From contig JBEKTQ010000032.1 of NCBI GenBank assembly GCA_049515895.1, positions 1 to 23,072 of the forward strand: a stretch of 23,072 bases of DNA, given 5' to 3'. This document shows positions 17,303 through 23,072 of the stretch, piece by piece (the first letter of the stretch is position 1; every line of letters begins with the position of its first letter). The DNA is from Candidatus Bathyarchaeia archaeon (GTDB taxonomy: Archaea > Thermoproteota > Bathyarchaeia > Bathyarchaeales > Bathycorpusculaceae). Both the position numbers and the translations under genes were made by a program. Below the pieces are notes generated by a model that did no database searches, was not told the DNA's origin, and saw only the letters and a program-made list of their open reading frames with translations.

Positions 17303-18178
17303 CTATTGGGAGCCTAAAAGTTTCCCCAATTTTCCAAAGTTATCAAACATAACACAGTGACCCGCCCCTTCAAAAATCTCCAATTGCGATCCAAGGACAC
17401 TTTTCGCAATCAAATATGCATTGGCGACCCGGCACGTTTTGTCCTCAGAACCATGCCAAATAAATAATTTGCCCGCTGGAATTCTGGAAAATGAAAAAAC
17501 CCAAGGTTTCATGAAAGCCCGGTGTTCCACACGCACCGCTTTGATACCAGTGCCTTGACGAAACGCTTCAGCCATAGATTGGTACATTAACGTCATCCAC
17601 TCTGGGTTAGAAAAATACTTTAAGTCGCTCCTAGAGCAGGCGTGAAGCATCTGTTTTCCCTGTCTCGACCTCAAAAAAGCAAGAATGTCACCGTTGGCTC
17701 TAAGCACTTGGTTACTCATTCTTTCCATGGCTAAGAACCCGAGAAACGGAATTCTAATGATGAAACCCGCAAAAGGCATATTGTGAGCATTAGAAACGTC
17801 AAAAGGCAGCGCAGGTGTTCCGGCGATCAACGCTTTGGTCACATGCTCTGGATAACAGGCTAAGTATGCAAGTGCAAAAACACCACCGCCAGACCAACCT
17901 AGAACACCAAACTGCTCAATACCTAAATGGTCAGTCAAGGAATTAACATCCAAATTGAAATCTTGAAGCTTTTTTCTTGGATTGAAAGTCGACAAGCCGT
18001 AGCCGGGCCTATCGATACCGATTATTTGCAACCCAGCATCATATGCGAGATCTTTCAAAAGTAGAACCTCCAAACGACTGCTGGCAGTCCCGTGAAAGTA
18101 AATAACTGGTTTGCCTTTGCCCACCACGCAGTAGCCTAGTTGACGCCCATCAGGCAAAGTGATTACTCGTTGGCTCAA
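17303..18178 (-). CDS. Alpha/beta fold hydrolase
   Basis: YFHG, DRPGYGLS, GWSGG nucleophile elbow, HGSED and GAGH. Confidence 0.92.
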   Translation of the reverse strand: MSQRVITLPDGRQLGYCVVGKGKPVIYFHGTASSRLEVLLLKDLAYDAGLQIIGIDRPGYGLSTFNPRKKLQDFNLDVNSLTDHLGIEQFGVLGWSGGGVFALAYLACYPEHVTKALIAGTPALPFDVSNAHNMPFAGFIIRIPFLGFLAMERMSNQVLRANGDILAFLRSRQGKQMLHACSRSDLKYFSNPEWMTLMYQSMAEAFRQGTGIKAVRVEHRAFMKPWVFSFSRIPAGKLFIWHGSEDKTCRVANAYLIAKSVLGSQLEIFEGAGHCVMFDNFGKLGKLLGSQ

Positions 18179-18296
18179 TCCTCTCTATCCATCCTTCTTT
18201 GTTCTGACGAGGAAGATCAACTGATTTAGACTCTCGATTATTAGTCTTTATGCACTTTCCCAAGTCAACTTGCAAGTAAAAAACCGTTTTGCTGAG

Positions 18297-19007
18297 CTAA
18301 GGTTTTTTCATAGCCAGAACCTTAAGTTCCTTAGGCATCAGCTCAATTGCATATCTTAAAGCGGTTCGAGGCATGACAGACTTGTTTCTAACCACATAAT
18401 CGAACACTTCCCTTTGGTGCCTTCTGCTCTCCTCTTTAAGAAGCCACCCATAACCCTTCTGCACCATCTCATCCTTGTCAACTAGTAGCCCATCGCAAAT
18501 GTCGAGAGCATCGTTAAGAAAATCGCCCTTTTTCGCTGGAACAATAAGTGAAACGGCCGAGGCCCGTCTAAGCCAACGGTTCTCGCTTCTGGCCCAGCTT
18601 TTGATTTCGCATAAAACTTGCGGGTACCTCTGGATTAGGTCGCCAATGGTGTGGTTGCAGAAGCCATCGCATTTAGCCCAATTGTTAATGTAACGCTCAA
18701 TCCACACTTTGAAGATTTCCAAATCTTGAGGTCCCAGGTTGTCTATGTAGTTGGGCAGCCAAAGGGAAACTACAAAAGCTTCTTCAGTGTAATCAGAACG
18801 GTAAAGCTCTTCGCACAGCTCAAAAATCGCATTCTTGCACATTGTTTTTACTTGTTTCCAGTAATTCTTCGCTATTTTCCCGACAATTGGGGTTTTAACG
18901 CCGTAATATTTTACCTGTTCCTTGAAAAAACGCTGGAAGGTTTTCTGCGTCTGGGGGTCTGCGTGGGCTACCAAGTCCCGTCTAAGCTGAACAAGGATGC
19001 TGTTCAT
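18297..19007 (-). CDS. alkD: DNA alkylation repair enzyme (AlkD family)
   Basis: YGVKTP, NNWAKCD, NRWLRRAS, VQKGYGWLLKE and RTALRYAIE. Confidence 0.88.
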   Translation of the reverse strand: MNSILVQLRRDLVAHADPQTQKTFQRFFKEQVKYYGVKTPIVGKIAKNYWKQVKTMCKNAIFELCEELYRSDYTEEAFVVSLWLPNYIDNLGPQDLEIFKVWIERYINNWAKCDGFCNHTIGDLIQRYPQVLCEIKSWARSENRWLRRASAVSLIVPAKKGDFLNDALDICDGLLVDKDEMVQKGYGWLLKEESRRHQREVFDYVVRNKSVMPRTALRYAIELMPKELKVLAMKKP

Positions 19008-19098
19008 GAGTGCTAAAAGGTTCTTTGGGAATAATAGTTTTTCCTTGAAAAATCAGATTAATTTAACAAAGCAAAACGAGAGAAAATGGAAGACTTGT

Positions 19099-19392
19099 TT
19101 AGTAATCCTCCATTTGATACAGGTCGAAATCAATATTGAGAGTTTTTTCTGGTTCATGCGAGTCTTCTAAGTCGTAGAGGCACTGCGTAGCTCTATTAAG
19201 TCTGCTTATTCTTTTAACAGGAGCTTTAGATTTAACCATCGCAACTTTCATTTTGCTTTTAGGCTCACGGACTATGTGTGAACTGCCTATGACGATAGAG
19301 TTGTCGATCATCTTTGGGGCAACTTCAACTTTAATGTCTTCAATCGTCAGCTGGTTCTTGAGCGCTTCGTCGTGTAATGGGTGTTTAGTCAA
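19099..19392 (-). CDS. Hypothetical protein with acidic/hydrophobic C-terminal peptide (possible FtsZ-tail remnant)
   Basis: Open frame overlapping the RHH stop (TTG at 19392; GTG at 19419 is an alternative start). Ends LYDLEDSHEPEKTLNIDFDLYQMEDY. Confidence 0.6.
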   Translation of the reverse strand: MTKHPLHDEALKNQLTIEDIKVEVAPKMIDNSIVIGSSHIVREPKSKMKVAMVKSKAPVKRISRLNRATQCLYDLEDSHEPEKTLNIDFDLYQMEDY

Positions 19393-19540
19393 CGCCTTTT
19401 CGCCTCCAGACTTCGGCACTAATTAGATCGCGTATGGCAACTCGGATGGCTTCCGCTCGGTTAGGATAGAACCGTTCGCCAACCAGCTGATCCAGAGCTT
19501 TTATATAGGTTTCAGGCAGATACAGAGTGATTAGTTTCAT
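19385..19540 (-). CDS. Ribbon-helix-helix (CopG/MetJ/Arc) regulator, CdrS-like
   Basis: MKLITLYLPETYIKALDQLVGERFYPNRAEAIRVAIRDLI: alternating beta strand plus the YPNRxEAIRxAIRDL signature. ATG at 19540 with GGGAG upstream. Confidence 0.88.
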   Translation of the reverse strand: MKLITLYLPETYIKALDQLVGERFYPNRAEAIRVAIRDLISAEVWRRKGVD

Positions 19541-19756
19541 TAGTTTATTTCTCTCCCAATTTGTGATTGAATACACAGACAACGGGTTGTAGCCTATACA
19601 TGTATATAATATACCTGAAATATGCTTATAACATGTTGGAGCCATTATTTATAAACACAAAATAAGGAATGTTGCAGCTTTCTGTCAATTTCCATTCAGG
19701 AACCTTTAAGTTTTTATTCCTTGCTGAAATATCTAACATGCTGGTGTACATGGTTA

Positions 19757-21055
19757 TTGCAGGTTTTCCTTAAAAACTTCGGCTGTTCAACAAACTTGGC
19801 AGATGGTGAAGTCTTAGCAGGCTGCCTAGCACAAGCTGGCTTTCAACTTGCTTCCTCAGAAGCCGAAGCCAGCGTGTTAATCTACAACACTTGTGCAGTG
19901 AAGGGACCGACGGAAAACCGCATCATAGATGCTTTGAAGCATGCACCAAGGGGCAAAAAGCTTATCGTTGCGGGCTGCCTGCCGATGATTAGTTTTGAGC
20001 GGCTTGTTCGGGAAGTCTGCTTTGATGGTGCAGTCGGTCCTTCGGTCGGCGCGGAAATAGTCGATGTGGTTAGACGTGTCGCTGCGGGCGAGAAGGTGAT
20101 CGATTTGGAGGACTTGAATAGGAAGCCTAAGCTTGACCTTCCCAAAATAAGGTCAAATCCTGTCGTAAGCGCGGTTACGATAAATTACGGCTGTTTAGGC
20201 TCCTGCGCTTACTGCTGCGTCGTGTCTGCTAGAGGGCATCTGCGAAGCTACAGCATCAAAGAAGTTGTTGACCGAGTAATAAGCGACCTTGCGGATGGCG
20301 CCAAGGAGTTTTGGGTTACCTCGCAAGATACGGCGTGTTACGGAAGAGATTTAGAGAGTAACCTTGCGAAGTTGCTGAAGGCGCTGGATGGCTTGGCTGG
20401 CGATTTTAAGGTTCGTGTTGGCATGATGACTCCGAACAAGGAAACGGACATGCAGGAAGAACTGCTTGAGGCTTTTAAAAGCGATAAAGTGTTCAAGTTT
20501 CTGCACTTACCCGTACAAAGTGGTGATGACGACACATTGAAGCGGATGTGCAGACATTACACCGTAGCAGAATTTAAGGGCATTGTTAACTCGTTTAAGG
20601 CACAATTTCCCGACTTAACGCTTGCCACCGACATTATCGTTGGGTTCCCGGGAGAAACTGAGAAAGCTTTTGAGAACACGCTCAACCTCTTAGAGGAAGT
20701 TAAGCCTGACGTTACCAACGTTTCCAAGTTTTTCGCCAGACCCAAAACCGCTGCAGCGCAAATCGAAGATGGTTTGGTTGAAAGAGAGGAGATTAAACGT
20801 AGAAGCTCTGTTATAGCACAGTTAGTCAGGCAGATTTCTTTTGAGCGAAACAAGCGTTGGGAAAACTGGGTTGGGGATGTACTGATTGATGAAAAGGGAA
20901 AAGTTGAAGGCTCCTGGGTCGGTCGCAACTTCGCTTACAAACCAGTCGCCGTCAAAAGCCCAGAGAGTTTGATTGGCAAAACGATCAAGGTTAAAATTGT
21001 TGAGGCTTCGACAACCTATCTGAAAGGAGCTGCAACCAGTTTTACGTCGGGTTAA
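19757..21055 (+). CDS. mtaB: tRNA t6A37 methylthiotransferase, archaeal/eukaryal MtaB (CDKAL1) type
   Basis: UPF0004 domain (FGCSTN, NTCAVK, AGC), GCLGSCAYC, SQDTACYG, HLPVQSG, TDIIVGFPGET and a C-terminal TRAM. TTG at 19757 is preferred over 19721. Confidence 0.88.
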   Translation: MQVFLKNFGCSTNLADGEVLAGCLAQAGFQLASSEAEASVLIYNTCAVKGPTENRIIDALKHAPRGKKLIVAGCLPMISFERLVREVCFDGAVGPSVGAEIVDVVRRVAAGEKVIDLEDLNRKPKLDLPKIRSNPVVSAVTINYGCLGSCAYCCVVSARGHLRSYSIKEVVDRVISDLADGAKEFWVTSQDTACYGRDLESNLAKLLKALDGLAGDFKVRVGMMTPNKETDMQEELLEAFKSDKVFKFLHLPVQSGDDDTLKRMCRHYTVAEFKGIVNSFKAQFPDLTLATDIIVGFPGETEKAFENTLNLLEEVKPDVTNVSKFFARPKTAAAQIEDGLVEREEIKRRSSVIAQLVRQISFERNKRWENWVGDVLIDEKGKVEGSWVGRNFAYKPVAVKSPESLIGKTIKVKIVEASTTYLKGAATSFTSG

Positions 21056-21064
21056 GAAATAGGC

Positions 21065-21850
21065 CTAGAAAATTTTTCCCTGCAAAGTCCACTCATAGGT
21101 CGCATATTTTTCTTTGCAAAGGCGGTTTGCAAGATACAGTTCGTATGGCGTCAACTCGCTCGCCTCAAGGTGAACCTTCAAAGACAACTCGAAACCTTTA
21201 GCCAGAGCATTGGAAAACGTGTCAGGCGCTACAACATATCCTAACTCGTTTTCTACGCTTGTAATTTTGCGTTTGGCAATGTCTGCTGCTTGAGAGCAGC
21301 TGACGTTTTTGTGTTTCAAAAGCCTGAACATTTTCGGCAAATCGACGCTTCGCAGTACCGTCCCGTGCTGAAGTACAACACCACGTGTGATAGCTTGACT
21401 GCTGCCCGAGATTTTCTTTCCTTTGACCGTCATGTTGGGGCAGTTTCTTGCGTCCCCGCTGCTGAAGTCGGCGGCTATGCCGAGAAGACCGAGAGCGGCT
21501 TGTATCGCCTCGTAGATTTTGGCGTAGACAGTGGTGATGTCTGCCGTTCCTAAATCTGATGTTTTGGCAACAACGCCATAGGTGACTTCGCCTTCGTAGT
21601 CGTGGTAAACGGTGCCGCCGCCGCTTATCCGACGAACGACATCGACACCTAACTGCCTACACGCATCAAGGTAGATTTCGCCTTCAGGGTTTTGGTTCTT
21701 GCCAACGCTGACACAGGATGGCTGCCATCGGTAAAACCGAAGCGTATTCGACACCTTCCCAGCGACTCGGGCTTCTAAGATTGCTTCATCAACGGCCATA
21801 TTCATGAACGCATTGTTTGTTTCCAGCGGCAACAGACGCCAAGCATCCAT
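21065..21850 (-). CDS. lplA: Lipoate-protein ligase A / octanoyltransferase family protein
   Basis: NMAVDEA, LRFYRW, RRISGGGTVYHD, KKISGSSQ and LQHGT. Confidence 0.88.
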   Translation of the reverse strand: MDAWRLLPLETNNAFMNMAVDEAILEARVAGKVSNTLRFYRWQPSCVSVGKNQNPEGEIYLDACRQLGVDVVRRISGGGTVYHDYEGEVTYGVVAKTSDLGTADITTVYAKIYEAIQAALGLLGIAADFSSGDARNCPNMTVKGKKISGSSQAITRGVVLQHGTVLRSVDLPKMFRLLKHKNVSCSQAADIAKRKITSVENELGYVVAPDTFSNALAKGFELSLKVHLEASELTPYELYLANRLCKEKYATYEWTLQGKIF

Positions 21851-21914
21851 TCAGATCCAACTCCACTCCTATGGGTGAAAGTTGAACTTAAAAATGTCAC
21901 GAAAAACACAGACA

Positions 21915-22400
21915 AAAATAAGTCCATTGGTAACTCGCCGGGTTGACGGTTTTCCGCCTAAATGCCAGGTAGAGCGAAAACACTCATCGCCATTACACAG
22001 TATTGTGTAATTTTGGGGGGAACCTCCGGGTTTTAGCATTTGCTAACCGGGCTTATTCTGAGTTCTAAACCGTCTTAGCTAGCAGAAAAATGACGCAGGC
22101 AAATTCTTCTTCTTACAAACCATTGCACAAGTTCTTATAAACGTCCGTTGAGATGATGCCCTTCTCTGCCGTCTAAAACCTGTTGTATACCCTCTTGAGG
22201 CAGAGCATTATGCTAATCACCTTAGTGGAAAACGGAATGGGTCCTCGACATCTGAAGCCAAGCTCCAACCTCATTTGGAGCCAAATTCCCATAGAGACCC
22301 ATACTAGACAAGGTTCGGGTCCGGTGGGATTCGTTTAAATTATTAAGCGAATCCCTAAGAAAGCCAACCAGAAATGCCATTGAAAATATTTTCTGTCTAT
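21915..22400 (-). ncRNA. Candidate structured non-coding RNA(s), family unrecognised; strand tentative
   Basis: No ORF of 60 aa or more in any frame. About ten stems, many nested; most extensions give G-U pairs on the minus strand. TATA-like CTTAAAG about 22 nt upstream on minus; T-rich run at the minus-strand 3' end. Confidence 0.45.
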
Positions 22401-22477
22401 CAACAAGTAGCGGGCTCTGGCTTTAAGCTTCCTTGAAGCTGTTAGAAGCGGTTGCCAAATAACCGTTTCGCATGTTA

Positions 22478-23068
22478 CTATGGCGATGCGGGAGGCGAAT
22501 CATTGTGTGCCTGTTTATTGATTTCTCTAATTCTCTTATCGACCAGTTTTAGTCGTTTCTGCATCATTTTGACTGATTCATAAATGTGTTTTCGCTCATG
22601 TTCCAGGTGTTTGAGGTTTTCCTCGCTGTCTGGGCTTTCTTCAAGGAAGGGAGTAAAAGGGGAAGGCATGTACGGCATATCCGTGATAGTCTCGATGTTA
22701 AGGACGTCTTTGGTGAATTCTCTAAAAAGGCTGCCGATGTTATTGAAGATTTCAGCCTGTTTTACGATAGCTCGTCTGAGAATAAACTCTCCTGACTTAG
22801 TGATTTTGTAGACTTTTATCTTGCGGTTTTTCTGGATTTGCCATTCGCCTTCGATGTACCCTGATTCTTCTAGGTCGCGCAAGATAGGATATACACCGCC
22901 TGCCGTTGGTTTCCAGAGGCCTTTAGTCCGAATGTTGATTTCTTTCATGATTTCATAGCCGTGGGAGGGTTTCTTGTTAAGAAGGATGAGGACTCCAATG
23001 CGTATGTAGCCTTTTTGCGCTTCTTTGAGCCAGTTTGCGGTTGTCTTTTCTTCTTTTTCTGTTGCCAT
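22478..23068 (-). CDS. PadR-family transcriptional regulator with C-terminal coiled coil
   Basis: ILLNKKPSHGYEIMKEI, WKPTAGGVYPILRDLEESGYI and KVYKITKSG. Confidence 0.93.
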   Translation of the reverse strand: MATEKEEKTTANWLKEAQKGYIRIGVLILLNKKPSHGYEIMKEINIRTKGLWKPTAGGVYPILRDLEESGYIEGEWQIQKNRKIKVYKITKSGEFILRRAIVKQAEIFNNIGSLFREFTKDVLNIETITDMPYMPSPFTPFLEESPDSEENLKHLEHERKHIYESVKMMQKRLKLVDKRIREINKQAHNDSPPASP

Positions 23069-23072
23069 CGTA

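Noticed and set aside
22220-22245. ORB-like TTAGTGGAAAACGGAATGGG (replication origin)
   Set aside because: Single poor match, no inverted partner, no cdc6 nearby, and it lies within predicted RNA stems.
22237-22333. Permuted or intact tRNA gene
   Set aside because: The acceptor pairing fails at position 7, the anticodon stem is poor, there is no T-arm 5' strand and no BHB motif; the alternative hairpins are stronger.

Overview
Archaeal genomic window. It is probably Bathyarchaeia, inferred from gene content, TATA-box promoters and frequent TTG starts, and not verified. The first ~11.7 kb is AT-rich and gene-sparse. It carries several small genes missed by the ORF track (a Lys/Glu-rich LEA-like peptide, two lmo0937-type membrane peptides, a 55-aa membrane peptide and the 5' end of a radical SAM gene). 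It also carries a FUN14-like and a YqjE/holin-like protein, a fasciclin-C2H2-YegP fusion, a YdjM hydrolase, an LMW phosphatase, MgtA and a histidine-phosphatase pseudogene. The second half is more housekeeping: a B12 radical SAM plus membrane partner, ThiI/MnmA-like tRNA thiolase, GT2, alpha/beta hydrolase, AlkD, CdrS-like RHH, archaeal MtaB, LplA and PadR. Five signals stand out. (1) A 25-bp box sits just upstream of the TATA box of several small stress-type genes, a candidate general-stress regulon. (2) A ~480-nt ORF-free, hairpin-dense region between lplA and padR is a candidate novel structured ncRNA. (3) A helically phased (GTTGAC-N4)n 10-mer array lies inside a duplicated intergenic module. 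(4) The FAS1-C2H2-2xDUF1508 fusion is unusual. (5) A cdrS-like gene is followed by a possible FtsZ remnant.
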